DNA from: a virus
Lineage: Duplodnaviria; Caudoviricetes
IMG/VR virus record: IMGVR_UViG_3300031867_000013
Coordinates: 32,001-96,000 of that record
Length of the DNA stretch: 64,000 nt
Direction: 5' to 3' (one strand)
How positions within the stretch are numbered: the first letter of the stretch is position 1; each line of letters starts with the position of its first letter. Both the position numbers and the translations under genes were made by a program. This document shows, piece by piece, positions 1 to 11,138 of the stretch. The notes under the pieces are model-generated. The model was given only the letters and a program-made list of their open reading frames with translations, made no database searches and was not told the DNA's origin.

Positions 1-1154
1 GCAATATCATTTGATACCTTTTTTACCTCACATTTACGTGCCATAATAGATTCCTGTGGCAAAAATAGGGAACGTAAATACATCTTTATTTTCTCTTGAT
101 TATTATTCCAATCAACATCAAAAATATTAATAAGATGTATTCCCTTTTCTTTTGCACACAAGAATTTATCTCTATGATATGTGTATTCCTTTTCATCAAA
201 ATATCCTAAATACATTTTTGGCAATAAAGAAGCATGGGAAAAAGAGCCATTGTATTCAATACCAATATTATGCTCTTTAGATAAAATATCAATCTCTTTT
301 CCATTCAAAATTCTTTTACCCTTTTCAACACTAATTCCTAATGATTTAACATAATCTTTAATTTCATTTTCTGCTGTAGAACCTTTATGAGAAATATCTA
401 AACAACCACAAGAAGTAGTAAACCCCGCAACTAAATTATAAGCAAATACTACAACTTCTGTCTTATCCTTACAATCACACCTACATAAATATTTATTATC
501 TTCTCCTGCTTCTCTTGGTACTTCCTTAATAACAGTTAAATGTCCAAATTTTTGTCCTGTTAAATCTTTAAAAGCAGAATTATGATGAGGTTCTTTAACA
601 ATACAACCACAAGATTTTATACCGCCTCTTTTTAATTTTTCAGAAGTAGTATATACAATATTTTTATCCGTTTCTTTACAGTCACACTCACACTTCCACT
701 TTCCATTTCCTGCATATTCTAATACAGTTAAATGATTAAATTTTTGTCCAATAAGCCTATCCTCTACATTTTTCTTAATAATATCTTTATTACTATGAGT
801 ACACCCACAAGATTGTGAAGCACCACTTTTAAGATTTTTAGCAGATACAGGTCTATCTACTTTATCACAAGCAGTACAATGACACATCCACATTCTTGTA
901 TATCCTTTATCTTCATGTAATCCTAATACTTTCCAATATCCAAAAGTTTGTCCTGTTAAATCTTCATATTTATTCTTTCTAACACATTTTCCACAAGATT
1001 TAGTATTACCACTTGTAAGATTATTAGTTGGTACAATAGTTTCATTTCCGCACTCACACCTACACTTCCACATAGAACTTCCCCTATTTGTCCCAACATA
1101 CTCTAAAACCTCCAATTTCCCAAAATGCTGACCTACTAAATTTGATTTTTTCAT
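1..1154 (-). CDS. Homing-endonuclease-like protein (repeated DLTGQKFG..CxC..SCG modules plus PD-(D/E)XK-type domain), truncated by window edge
   Basis: ATG at 1154 after GAAAGGA RBS. Manual translation shows several 'DLTGQxFGxxxV...CxCxC...SCG' repeats, then 'EIDILSKEHNIGIEYNGSFSH'. Not in the ORF track because it runs off the window. Confidence 0.7.
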   Translation of the reverse strand, partial: MKKSNLVGQHFGKLEVLEYVGTNRGSSMWKCRCECGNETIVPTNNLTSGNTKSCGKCVRKNKYEDLTGQTFGYWKVLGLHEDKGYTRMWMCHCTACDKVDRPVSAKNLKSGASQSCGCTHSNKDIIKKNVEDRLIGQKFNHLTVLEYAGNGKWKCECDCKETDKNIVYTTSEKLKRGGIKSCGCIVKEPHHNSAFKDLTGQKFGHLTVIKEVPREAGEDNKYLCRCDCKDKTEVVVFAYNLVAGFTTSCGCLDISHKGSTAENEIKDYVKSLGISVEKGKRILNGKEIDILSKEHNIGIEYNGSFSHASLLPKMYLGYFDEKEYTYHRDKFLCAKEKGIHLINIFDVDWNNNQEKIKMYLRSLFLPQESIMARKCEVKKVSNDI

Positions 1155-1260
1155 GTTTATCAATCCTTTCATAATCATTTTATAAAAGGATTATAACATA
1201 CTTTTTATAATTTGTCAAGTGTTTTATTTCAATACAATTATGTATACAAAAATTTACAAT

Positions 1261-1291
1261 AAAAAAAAAGAGACTTCGTAAAGAAGTCTCC
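1261..1291 (-). terminator. Rho-independent terminator after tail tube gene
   Basis: Minus strand GAGACTTC-TTTAC-GAAGTCTC followed by a T run. Confidence 0.8.
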
Positions 1292-1305
1292 CTTTATTTT
1301 TTCTA

Positions 1306-2910
1306 TTAATAATTTGGGTCATATACTCCGCTTGTCTTGGTACTACCATCTGCACGACCAACCATTGTTGCCTTGTAATAGGGGTATGCAGGATGGTTCT
1401 CATAATCTGCTAAGAACCTTATAGTAAGGTTAAATGTTCCGAAGTCACTGGAAATCAATCCCGCAAAGTCCCCGTCGGGTTGGACGCGAACCTTCCAAGC
1501 CTCGATAATGTATTGACCGCCGATATTTGGGTCACCTACGAACAGAAGTTTGCCTCCGATTTCACCCGCACTAGAACCACTAACAGTAACAAAAGCACCT
1601 TCGGGGATAGTAGCAGTTACCATAACCATATCTCCTGCTTTTATTGTACTATTCGCAGGAATTTGTACTATACCACCACGTAGCATTTGTTCATCTATAA
1701 TATAATCTTTTCCTGCTACAAATTCTGATTTTGCGGCTTTTAGTTCTGCTTCTATCATTCCACCGCTTGCGGCAATAGAAGTAGTTGCAGTTACAGTAAA
1801 TGTCATTGTTGCTCCACTTGCTAGTGTAAATACTTCTGACATTGAACCACCTGTAGCTGTAAATGCCTGTGGTGCGCCAAGACCACCTTCGATTACTGTA
1901 AATTGTAATCCTGCAAGGTCTCCTGCGGCTGTTGTACCACTTGTAATATTTACATATACATTTTCATCATCAGTGCCACTAAATGTACCTGTTTTTAATT
2001 GAATTGTACCGCCTGCACTACCTGTACCCGCAGGAACAGCATTTGCTTCAAAGCCTGTAGAAACTACTGTAAATGTATCAGTTGCACCTACTGTAAATGT
2101 CATCTTGCAACCGTTTGAAAGTGTTACATCATAAGAAGTAGCTGTACTTGATACTGTATATGTAGTAGCTGAACCACCATCTTCTGTTACAGAAATTTCC
2201 ATACCGTCAAGGTCTCCTGCCGCAGTTGGAGCAGTTGTAACTTCTACTTCTACATTCATTGGTGCTGTACCTGTCATACCACTTACATCGAGTAGTACCT
2301 TACCGCCACCAGCAACATCTGTAAGCATTGTATCTGTTACAGTGTAATCTGTTGAACTAATTGCACTTGCATCAAACTTAAATGATGCAGGAACAGCTAC
2401 AGCATGATTATCTGTAAGAGTATCATTTGTTGCTGTAGTTGTACTCTTTGCATAATCAGCACTTACATTAGTCCATGCAAATTCAGCAGGAACAGGTGTA
2501 GTAAGACTGATTGTAAGATTTTCTACATTGTAGTATCTTTCACCATTATCATCTGTAATTTCTAATACGCCTGGTACAGAATTAACTTTATAACCCTTTA
2601 CAAGATTACTTGATGCTTGATTATGTACATTTTCTGTACCAAATAGACCAAGTGCCATATTGTAAGGATTATATTCTGTAAGTGTAAGAGTTGCAGATGG
2701 ACTTACTGCTGTTACTACAGAAGCCATTAATTCTCTACGCTTATTCATACTAGAGTTCTTTTCTACAGTTGTTACATCTGTAGTAATATTAAATTCGTCG
2801 CAATTTCCTAAATGGTGGAGACTTTTGTTGTTATCATCATCTCTTAAAAAGTATAATGCACCAGCACCAACCATTAAATCATTAGCGATACTTTGAGCTT
2901 GGTTAGCCAT
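1306..2910 (-). CDS. Major tail (tube) protein with inserted duplicated Ig-like domains
   Basis: N-term 'GAGALYF...HLGNCDEFNI' and C-term 'LLFVGDPNIG..IEAWKVRVQPDGDF.LISSDFG' typical of tail tube proteins; position after head-tail genes. Confidence 0.7.
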   Translation of the reverse strand: MANQAQSIANDLMVGAGALYFLRDDDNNKSLHHLGNCDEFNITTDVTTVEKNSSMNKRRELMASVVTAVSPSATLTLTEYNPYNMALGLFGTENVHNQASSNLVKGYKVNSVPGVLEITDDNGERYYNVENLTISLTTPVPAEFAWTNVSADYAKSTTTATNDTLTDNHAVAVPASFKFDASAISSTDYTVTDTMLTDVAGGGKVLLDVSGMTGTAPMNVEVEVTTAPTAAGDLDGMEISVTEDGGSATTYTVSSTATSYDVTLSNGCKMTFTVGATDTFTVVSTGFEANAVPAGTGSAGGTIQLKTGTFSGTDDENVYVNITSGTTAAGDLAGLQFTVIEGGLGAPQAFTATGGSMSEVFTLASGATMTFTVTATTSIAASGGMIEAELKAAKSEFVAGKDYIIDEQMLRGGIVQIPANSTIKAGDMVMVTATIPEGAFVTVSGSSAGEIGGKLLFVGDPNIGGQYIIEAWKVRVQPDGDFAGLISSDFGTFNLTIRFLADYENHPAYPYYKATMVGRADGSTKTSGVYDPNY

Positions 2911-3032
2911 TGTACTATCACTCCTTTATATACTTGTAAAATATTTTATACACGAACAAAACATTTTACTGTTAAAATTTTCTTTTTATATTTCTATATA
3001 TTATAACATATTTTGGATATTTTGTCAAGTTC

Positions 3033-3533
3033 TTATCTATTTTCATACCACTCTATATTACAAATAATTCTATTCATAGTATTTACAGGGGCATTTTCAT
3101 CACCATCACTAAATATGGCTGGTGTTGTAATATGTACTCCTAATCCATAATCTTTCTGTAATACTTTTTGGAACTCATATAACATATTCATAACATCTTG
3201 TGTTAATTGATACATTTGTCTATAACATATATCATCAAAATCTATTTCGTCTGTTTGACCGCCCTTGACGTATAAATCTATCCAAAATTGTACCATTGCA
3301 CCTATTCGTTGCGATTGATGATTTGTATCTTCTTCGCTACCAAATAATATCCATATTGCAGGAAATTCACCTACATTACCGCTACCTACCTTTATTTTTA
3401 GGTCATCTCTATCTACTAAATAATTAAAAGGTCTTTCTCCGTATTTAGTGTGATAGTTTTTTATAAAATCCCTAAGTCTGATTGCTATATCATACCATCT
3501 TAATTTCTTTAGCATGGAATCATCCTCTAACAT
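3033..3533 (-). CDS. Putative tail terminator / head-tail joining protein
   Basis: Size, 'FPAIWI' motif and synteny immediately upstream of tail tube. Confidence 0.5.
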   Translation of the reverse strand: MLEDDSMLKKLRWYDIAIRLRDFIKNYHTKYGERPFNYLVDRDDLKIKVGSGNVGEFPAIWILFGSEEDTNHQSQRIGAMVQFWIDLYVKGGQTDEIDFDDICYRQMYQLTQDVMNMLYEFQKVLQKDYGLGVHITTPAIFSDGDENAPVNTMNRIICNIEWYENR

Positions 3534-3534
3534 T

Positions 3535-3966
3535 TTAATTTCTTGCTATAGGAACTACCATTGGGAAAGTTCTCTTTTTAGCTTGTATTCCATCTGTAAA
3601 TGTTTCTGCGGTAAGTCCTTGTTCAAATTGGTCTAAAAGTTGTTTATAGTATTTATATTTTAAAGCAAATGAATCTAAGTTTGCATCTTTACCAACACTC
3701 ATTTGCGCTTTATATAAAGCAGTAAGTATATAAGCATAAAATAAAGCTATTTTAGATATTTTATACGGAGTTGGTATTGCTATTTGACTTGCTTTTACTC
3801 CAAAACTTAATGCCAATGCTTCTACATATTCAGATGATTCTTTTATTATTGCAGGAGTTACATATGTTTTTAATAATGAATCTCCTGTTGGCGTTTTTAA
3901 TAATAATGGGTCAAAATATGCTCTATATTCTTCTCCATCTACTATTATTGTATATGTACTTGCCAT
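3535..3966 (-). CDS. Putative head-tail connector protein
   Basis: Synteny between capsid and tail genes. Confidence 0.45.
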   Translation of the reverse strand: MASTYTIIVDGEEYRAYFDPLLLKTPTGDSLLKTYVTPAIIKESSEYVEALALSFGVKASQIAIPTPYKISKIALFYAYILTALYKAQMSVGKDANLDSFALKYKYYKQLLDQFEQGLTAETFTDGIQAKKRTFPMVVPIARN

Positions 3967-3978
3967 TCAATCATCTCC

Positions 3979-4548
3979 TTAATTTAACTGTTTCATTTTA
4001 GTTCTTATGAGAAGCTGTAACTTATCTTCAAATATATTATCTATTTTAACTTTATTTTTTATATAAGCATTTCTTATATAATCTTCACCTTGTATACCTC
4101 TTATATACCCTTGACCATTTTTAGAATTGCTACTTACAGTAATCCATTTATCTCTATAATCACCATGTATACCTCTATAACGAAAAAAAGACGCTGGTTT
4201 CGGAACTATCTCCTTACCATACGCGCCATATAGTCCCGTTCCATATAATTGCCATTTAGCATAATCGGGTCGTGCGTCATCATAAATATAACCAACACTA
4301 CCATACCATGTTTCCATATCTTTAGACCTTGTACCGCTATATACATTATACCTTATTCCACTTGTCAATTTGCCTGTTACATCTTTATAATTATGATGTG
4401 TTCTTGCATAATCTCTTAATAATTTACATGAAGAACGTAGGGCGGCTTTCAAATACCGCCCTATTTCTTCACTTGTTAGAGTTATATCAGACAACTTGGC
4501 TCTGTCTATATAAGGTTTTACAGATAACTTAATTGTTCCTGTTGCCAT
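3979..4548 (-). CDS. Putative neck/tail completion protein (HK97 gp10-like)
   Basis: Basic protein with 'TGKLTSGI', 'YAKWQLYGTG', 'RGIQGEDYIRNA' motifs; synteny. Confidence 0.55.
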   Translation of the reverse strand: MATGTIKLSVKPYIDRAKLSDITLTSEEIGRYLKAALRSSCKLLRDYARTHHNYKDVTGKLTSGIRYNVYSGTRSKDMETWYGSVGYIYDDARPDYAKWQLYGTGLYGAYGKEIVPKPASFFRYRGIHGDYRDKWITVSSNSKNGQGYIRGIQGEDYIRNAYIKNKVKIDNIFEDKLQLLIRTKMKQLN

Positions 4549-5606
4549 TAGTCAACATTCGCAATGAGGATGTCACCTGCTCCATCTTCTATATCAGCAC
4601 CAAAGGAAGGTAAGCAAATCTGTGAAACAATAACTTCTACATTTACAGGGTGGTCGATTGTACGGGTATAAACCGCAACACCTAAATCAACAATAGAAGT
4701 ATTGCTTGCAAACTTAGGATTGGTCTGTAAGTCAACTTCTTCTGGTGTAGTACCAAAAGTCATCTTACCAACAACACCGCCACGTGGCAGGAATGTTACA
4801 ACACCATCTGGGAAGAACTTAACTCCCTTACCACCAACCTTAACTGCATAAGTATTATCATTAAGCAGAATACGAATACCAACATAACGCTCAATAGCAT
4901 CTTTAATCTGCTGTGGTGTAACAATCTGCATAGCAACTGATGTAGCTGTTGGATATAGAATCTTACGAATTTCATCTGTTGCCTTAATAAGATTAAATGT
5001 CTTTGTATTCATTACTGCATATTCCATAACTACACCATACTTAGTACGGAAGTTATCAATCCAATCAATCATATCTTGAATTGGAGTTGCATTTGCACTA
5101 TCTGTCCACTTTGTAGAAGGTTTAACCTTCTGGTCTTTATTAAGATGATAATCATATTCCATATTTACGCCATTACCCTTGACAGAAATCTTACCTGTAG
5201 AGATAAGTTCCATTGCCATACGTTCACGGGCGGCTCTTGCACCACGAATAAGATTATTCGTGTCATCAAAAATACGGGGAATATAAGCCTTTAGAATTGA
5301 ATCTTGGCTAATCATCATAATCTGCTGACGAGTAGTTTCGTCGATTTTCATTCTTTCACGGAACAGAGGCATATTAGTCTTTTCAACTGAAATGCTTAGT
5401 CTGTCGCGATAAGTTGCTTCTGTGTCAAACGCACTAGGAACTAACTGAACTGGTAATCCTGCGCGTCCACTAACTTTATTAAGTTCAAGACCCTGTACCT
5501 TTTCAGCAGGGAAAAGCATTTCGCCCATATATAAAGACTGATTAGCCTTACGAGCGTCCCAATATGCTGAAATATTAGCAGGGGTAACTAATTCCATAAT
5601 ATTCAT
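4548..5606 (-). CDS. Major capsid protein (major capsid E-like, HK97 fold)
   Basis: 352 aa; 'LFPAEKV.GL', 'RERMAMELISTGKI', 'KWTDSANATPIQD', 'GKMTFGTTPEE' motifs; follows scaffold and decoration genes. Confidence 0.85.
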   Translation of the reverse strand: MNIMELVTPANISAYWDARKANQSLYMGEMLFPAEKVQGLELNKVSGRAGLPVQLVPSAFDTEATYRDRLSISVEKTNMPLFRERMKIDETTRQQIMMISQDSILKAYIPRIFDDTNNLIRGARAARERMAMELISTGKISVKGNGVNMEYDYHLNKDQKVKPSTKWTDSANATPIQDMIDWIDNFRTKYGVVMEYAVMNTKTFNLIKATDEIRKILYPTATSVAMQIVTPQQIKDAIERYVGIRILLNDNTYAVKVGGKGVKFFPDGVVTFLPRGGVVGKMTFGTTPEEVDLQTNPKFASNTSIVDLGVAVYTRTIDHPVNVEVIVSQICLPSFGADIEDGAGDILIANVD

Positions 5607-5632
5607 TAGTATCGTCCCTTCCTTTCGTCTAA

Positions 5633-6397
5633 TTAGTCCCTACGACCAAATATAATATGTGGTAACTTAGCTTTAAGTGCCGCACCTGGTTCAGTTGCAA
5701 GATTATCAACATTGATAACACCCTTAATAATCATAGCACCTGTAGCTTCACCCATTGTAACATCAACAGAATGATAAAGAATACCATCAATATCACTTGA
5801 AACTGTTTCAGTACCGCCACCAGCGGTTTCTACTGCACTTGCGCCTGTTTCTTCAACAACAACTTCATCTTCATAACCATCAACAAGTTCTGCTTTTACA
5901 AGGCTATTAACAACCATATCATCATTAATAAGCTGTACAAGCTGACCATATGTAGTTAAAACATCGTCATCATCGTCGACTGCAAGTTTAATTGTAACTG
6001 TAGTAGTTGCACTTGCATATGCAATAGAAGCAACTGCTGTAGTACCCTTACTAATATCAAACTTATAAGCAAGGTCTCCAGACTTCTTTGCTGTTACAAC
6101 AACTGTACCTGTTGAAGAAGCACCTGTAACTCCTGTACCTAACTTTGCACTAGCAAGAACTTCTGTAGGAATTACTGCTACTGCTTTCTGATTTGGATTT
6201 AGGAGTAGGCTTTCCCCATTTTCACCATATAAATAAGTACCCGCAGGAATAATATAATGACCCTTATCGTCGGGGACAAGTCCTGCAATCGTTGACTGAT
6301 CTACAGTGACAGGACGGGCAACATAACCATCATAGATTAACAGCAGTTCCTTATCAAAACCATCAACGGCTTTCATTTGAAAATTTATCATTTTCAT
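5633..6397 (-). CDS. Head decoration protein with inserted domain
   Basis: 'IIPAGT' and 'GILYHSVDVT.G...GAMIIKGVI...L' motifs; directly upstream of capsid. Confidence 0.6.
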   Translation of the reverse strand: MKMINFQMKAVDGFDKELLLIYDGYVARPVTVDQSTIAGLVPDDKGHYIIPAGTYLYGENGESLLLNPNQKAVAVIPTEVLASAKLGTGVTGASSTGTVVVTAKKSGDLAYKFDISKGTTAVASIAYASATTTVTIKLAVDDDDDVLTTYGQLVQLINDDMVVNSLVKAELVDGYEDEVVVEETGASAVETAGGGTETVSSDIDGILYHSVDVTMGEATGAMIIKGVINVDNLATEPGAALKAKLPHIIFGRRD

Positions 6398-6451
6398 TCC
6401 ACCTTTCTAAAGATTTTTTATTTCATTTTCAGATATTTCATACTGAAAACA

Positions 6452-7213
6452 TTAACCAAACATTTCACTTAATGATGTAGAACCTTCACCTTTAGTTTGT
6501 GCTTGTGCTTCTAATACTGCTTGCATAATAGAAGATACTCCGCTATTATCTTTAGAACCACCTTTACCACCAACACCTGTACCCATACCACCTAGTACGT
6601 CTTTCTTTACAAATTCGGGATTTGCTTTCGCCCAATCTGCTACTGCATCTGCTACTGAAAGTTCATTTCCTGCATCGTCTTTTAGGGTTACAGTTACTTC
6701 ATCTTTATCAATAGTTGCCTTATTCATAAAATAATCCATAAACTGTTCGGGCTTAATTACATTATGTGCCTGTAATGCTTTATTTATTGCGTCACGCTTT
6801 ACACCATTTATACGATGTGTCTTTTCTGTAGTAAGCTGTTCTGTAAGTTCTGCAAGTTGCTTATCCTTTGTAGCTACGTCACGCTGAAACTTTGTAACTT
6901 CCCTACGAAGATTTTTAAGTTCTTCGGGAGTTGCACCGCCACCCGCTTCTTTAATCATAGCGTCTTTTACATCATCAAGCATAGCGTCAAAATCTTCTGC
7001 TTCTGCATTAAAATTAAATGCCTTTGAAACAATATCAAACTTTTCAAGAATAGGCTTATTTTCCTCTATCTGTGCTTCTAATGTTTCAATCTTCTTTGCA
7101 GAATCTTTCTGCGCCTTACTCATAGCATTATACTCTTTCTTCAAGATACCAAACTTTTCCTTATTTTCTTCGGTATCAAGACCTAATGCTTTAGATAGTT
7201 CTTCTAATGTCAT
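6452..7213 (-). CDS. Capsid scaffolding protein
   Basis: Coiled-coil, Gly-rich C-term 'GGMGTGVGG'; between portal and capsid. Confidence 0.7.
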   Translation of the reverse strand: MTLEELSKALGLDTEENKEKFGILKKEYNAMSKAQKDSAKKIETLEAQIEENKPILEKFDIVSKAFNFNAEAEDFDAMLDDVKDAMIKEAGGGATPEELKNLRREVTKFQRDVATKDKQLAELTEQLTTEKTHRINGVKRDAINKALQAHNVIKPEQFMDYFMNKATIDKDEVTVTLKDDAGNELSVADAVADWAKANPEFVKKDVLGGMGTGVGGKGGSKDNSGVSSIMQAVLEAQAQTKGEGSTSLSEMFG

Positions 7214-7322
7214 ATTAAATTACCTCCTATATATTTGTCTGATATATTTACCTTCTATATAACATTATGATGTATTATACCATAAATGTTTATATTTGTC
7301 AATATTTATATGTCAATACAAC

Positions 7323-8843
7323 TTAAACTTGTGTACCTGTAGAAGAAGGTTGAACCAATTTTGCTTCTGATTCTAAACCATCTTCTGCCGTTGGTGTATT
7401 TTGTAAATCCTGTATAATTTTATCTACAGCATCAGAATCTATATCTTTTAATGTAGCACGTATTACTTGTTCTTTTAGAGCAACATTATAACTACCACAA
7501 ATATTTAATGCAAGTGCTTGTGTAGCATTTGTAAGAACTGCTGTGGAATCTACAATACCATACTGATTGTTATATGTAATTGATATATTATCCATACTTT
7601 CACCCATATAACGAGAAAATACTCTAGCAATTTTATATTCAGCTTCTTGTAATCCCTGCGCCAATTCTGCTATAGTTTGAAATAAATTTTGTGAATCCCA
7701 CTCTTTAGCTAATCCACTAACATTATATTGATTTACACCTGTAACTAATTGTAAATTAGCCATACGATATATTTCTTTAATCATAAAATTAATCTCATTT
7801 AATAAAACATCACTTGCATCTGTAGGTGGAGTTATAAATTGTGGGTGTGCAGACCCATTTGCTTTATATAATATCATATCTGCTGTACCATATTGTAATG
7901 GTTCATCTCCACTATTATAATCATCATCTTCTGCAACAGGATATATAAGAAGGCTGAACGCTTGGTTACGCCCTAATTCTCTTAATTCTGAGCACACATT
8001 AAACATAGCATAATTTGTTCTTGCTATCGCATATACATCTGATTGCGGTATTAAAGTATCACTATCATTTATTGCTCCATATAAAGGTACAATAGGAATA
8101 ATACCTAATGGATTTACAATCTTTCTTTTTTCTTCACCTTGAATTTGTCTTATACAATAATTATTTGTCCATATATAAGTTTCTCCTAAAGATTTTATAT
8201 TTCCTTCATCATCTACAAAATTACTTGTAATAGTATATGAAAAATAAATAAGATTACCAAATTTATCTAACGCCCAATTATTTACCTGTGAAGGAGAAAC
8301 GAGATACAAATATGGATATAGTCTTTGTTCTATTATATCTTTTTCTGTTACTATTTGTCCTTCTTCTAACTGTTCCATGTCTACTACTATAAATTCTACA
8401 CCGTGAAGTTTTGCTCTTATTGCCGCTTTCTTCATAAATCGTGTAAGAGTAGTTCCATTACCATCTACATCTTTTATAAACTGTTCATATGTAGATGATA
8501 ATCCTTGACGGATAGGTTTATTCTTAAAAATAGGATTTACATGACTATCTACTACAGGTTTTACATAGTTAATATAATAAGACATATTTTTACGCCTTAC
8601 ATATTTTTCTGCTAATTCTCTTGGGTGTGGAATTAAATAACTTCCATCTTCAAATCCACCACTAGCCCTATAAGAATTATCTAATAGTTCATATTTATTT
8701 ACAAGAACACCATTATAGCTTGCGGCTTCATATATTTTCTTTAATTCATTACTCATAAATTGCTCTGTACCTATAAATGTTTGCTCTCTTATTGTATTTC
8801 CTAATTTTAATCTTCTTGCTATTTCTGCCATTTCCTTTATCAC
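7323..8843 (-). CDS. Portal protein
   Basis: About 500 aa downstream of TerL; 'NYVKPVVD', 'DVDGNGT', 'NPLGIIPIVP', 'SGLAK' motifs. Confidence 0.85.
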   Translation of the reverse strand: MIKEMAEIARRLKLGNTIREQTFIGTEQFMSNELKKIYEAASYNGVLVNKYELLDNSYRASGGFEDGSYLIPHPRELAEKYVRRKNMSYYINYVKPVVDSHVNPIFKNKPIRQGLSSTYEQFIKDVDGNGTTLTRFMKKAAIRAKLHGVEFIVVDMEQLEEGQIVTEKDIIEQRLYPYLYLVSPSQVNNWALDKFGNLIYFSYTITSNFVDDEGNIKSLGETYIWTNNYCIRQIQGEEKRKIVNPLGIIPIVPLYGAINDSDTLIPQSDVYAIARTNYAMFNVCSELRELGRNQAFSLLIYPVAEDDDYNSGDEPLQYGTADMILYKANGSAHPQFITPPTDASDVLLNEINFMIKEIYRMANLQLVTGVNQYNVSGLAKEWDSQNLFQTIAELAQGLQEAEYKIARVFSRYMGESMDNISITYNNQYGIVDSTAVLTNATQALALNICGSYNVALKEQVIRATLKDIDSDAVDKIIQDLQNTPTAEDGLESEAKLVQPSSTGTQV

Positions 8844-8851
8844 CTACCTTA

Positions 8852-10198
8852 TTATATACCTATATTCTTTGCGGCATCTTTTATCTTATTCTTATCTTTT
8901 AATTTCTCTACTGCATACCTCATGCTGTCCACACAATGGTCATTACGTTTGAGAGGACGGTCAATACCTCTTTCTTGTGCTTTATCGTCCCATACATATG
9001 TATTTATTTCTCTTAATAAATTTTTACATTCTGTAGATACTTTTAATTTTCCTTCTGCTATATATGTAGCTACATCTCTTATACCATCTATAACAGAGTT
9101 TCTTGCATCTTTTGTTCTCATACCACTTCTATGTAATTGAACTTTGAAACTTGCCGCCGCAGGGTCTACAACAATATCCATTTTATTAAATGGTATTTGC
9201 GTATATTCATATGTTTGACCTAAAAACTCTACCATATCATCTGCAAATTCTAAATCAGTTTTTTGTGTATCATAATTACCGTGTTCATTCGCTTCTGCAC
9301 GACCTTCAAAATAATATTCTCTAACACAATATAATATTCCATTAAATGTTTTCATCCACAACGTAAAAACTGTAGCATTTCCTGTACCATAGTCTACACC
9401 AACGCACCATTTTATTGCTTCATCATAAGGAACTTCATCGGGTCTTACTACATTCTTCTCATTTGTAAACATATCATATATTCTACCCTCTGCTGATACC
9501 CATTTCCCTAAAATATATCTTGAATAGAATACACCACCATACATTTTCTTATATCGCTCTTTTACTTTATCAGATAATGATAAATTATCATCCATAGTAA
9601 AATGAACATATAAACCATTTTTATTATCTAATTGTTGCAATACATTTTTATAAAACCAATGATAAGGCCCAGCAGGATTACAATTACAAAAACATTTTGC
9701 ACCCTCTACCGATAATCTTGCAGTTGCTTGATTAAAAAATGATTCTGGTAATAGAGCGATTTCGTCCATTAGAACCGAGCAGAGTGTCATGCCCTGTATA
9801 TAATCTTGTGAAGATTCATCTTTAGCACCTGCGATGTATATATAATTAGTTATATCACCTTTAGAAACTTCTATATAATTTTCGCTACGATGTTCTAAAC
9901 AATTATATCCTAATGTTAATAACATTTGCTTTAATGGATTTAATACATTTCTTCTAAATGTTCCTACTGATTTTCCTGCCATTAATGCGTCTTGTTGATT
10001 AAAATTATTCATTACAAACATTACAAAAGATAATGCCATGCAAATTGTCTTACCAGACCTTATTGCACCGTCAGCAATAACCATAAACTTATCTTTTACA
10101 GGACTATCTTTGTGCCACCAATTTAATATCTTTTTCTGTTTTTCCGAAAAAGGTTGAAATTGAAAACCTTTTACCTTCCTTTTTTTACTATTTGCCAC
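8852..10198 (-). CDS. terL: Terminase large subunit (PBSX-like)
   Basis: Walker A 'GAIRSGKT', Walker B 'VLMDE', 'NCNPAGPYHW', nuclease 'GVDYG', 'DHCVDSMRY'. Confidence 0.95.
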   Translation of the reverse strand: MANSKKRKVKGFQFQPFSEKQKKILNWWHKDSPVKDKFMVIADGAIRSGKTICMALSFVMFVMNNFNQQDALMAGKSVGTFRRNVLNPLKQMLLTLGYNCLEHRSENYIEVSKGDITNYIYIAGAKDESSQDYIQGMTLCSVLMDEIALLPESFFNQATARLSVEGAKCFCNCNPAGPYHWFYKNVLQQLDNKNGLYVHFTMDDNLSLSDKVKERYKKMYGGVFYSRYILGKWVSAEGRIYDMFTNEKNVVRPDEVPYDEAIKWCVGVDYGTGNATVFTLWMKTFNGILYCVREYYFEGRAEANEHGNYDTQKTDLEFADDMVEFLGQTYEYTQIPFNKMDIVVDPAAASFKVQLHRSGMRTKDARNSVIDGIRDVATYIAEGKLKVSTECKNLLREINTYVWDDKAQERGIDRPLKRNDHCVDSMRYAVEKLKDKNKIKDAAKNIGI

Positions 10199-10214
10199 GA
10201 TATATCACACCTAA

Positions 10215-11033
10215 TTAATCATCTTCTTTTAATGTTTCATTTAAGTCTGCATTTATATCTTCATTTCCCCACGAACTCTTAGAACTTTCACCTAATGCAG
10301 AAAGTATATTACTATCAATATTTTCTTCAACTTTCTTTTGTGCTTTCCACTCAAAGAAATTCCTTATATTTTCCCACGCTTTCATCTTATCGGGTAATTG
10401 AATAGTGATACCATCTTTTCCTTGTTTAATTGAAACAATTATACTTGTATCTACTGTATCGCTATCTACTAAATGCATACGATTTACTTTCTTAAATTTT
10501 TGTTCTCCTGTATCTGGGTCAAATCTTAATGTACCATCTACATTATATTCTGGTATTTCTTCTTCACTAAATTTGATATAATCACCTATATCTGCATTTG
10601 CTATTTTTAATTGTGTTTCTATATATTTTGATGGGTCTATTTCATATCCTATTGTTAATATTTTCTTTAATTTCTTTATAGCATTTTGTATATTTGATTT
10701 ATTTAATAATCTATAACCATATAATGATGCTAACTTCTTATCCCCACCAAAAGATTTTAAGTATGCTTGCGTAGCATTTGTAGATTCTAAATAGTATAGT
10801 ACAAAATCTTGTTGTTTTGGTGTAAGACCTAATCCAACTAATTCATCTACTATTTTATCATTTACTTGATCTTTTCTTATATTTTCTGACCTTCTAAAAT
10901 CATCGTATATATCTTCTACGTCCACATCTTCTTTTCGTGGTCTGCCACGTTTAGGCTTTATTTCTATATTCTTTTCTTCTAACTTTTCATCTATATTTTC
11001 TTTTAAATTATCTGTTAGATATGTTTCTGCCAT
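10215..11033 (-). CDS. terS: Terminase small subunit
   Basis: 'LTPKQQDFVLYYL..NATQAY' HTH and 'DKMKA' motif; upstream of TerL; AT-hook 'KRGRPRK'. Confidence 0.85.
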   Translation of the reverse strand: MAETYLTDNLKENIDEKLEEKNIEIKPKRGRPRKEDVDVEDIYDDFRRSENIRKDQVNDKIVDELVGLGLTPKQQDFVLYYLESTNATQAYLKSFGGDKKLASLYGYRLLNKSNIQNAIKKLKKILTIGYEIDPSKYIETQLKIANADIGDYIKFSEEEIPEYNVDGTLRFDPDTGEQKFKKVNRMHLVDSDTVDTSIIVSIKQGKDGITIQLPDKMKAWENIRNFFEWKAQKKVEENIDSNILSALGESSKSSWGNEDINADLNETLKEDD

Positions 11034-11138
11034 TTATTAGACACTCCTTTCTTATATAAAAATATTATAATTTACTTAAAAATTATCTTATATTATATCA
11101 TATTTTTACACATTTGTCAAGCCTTAAAAATAGACATA

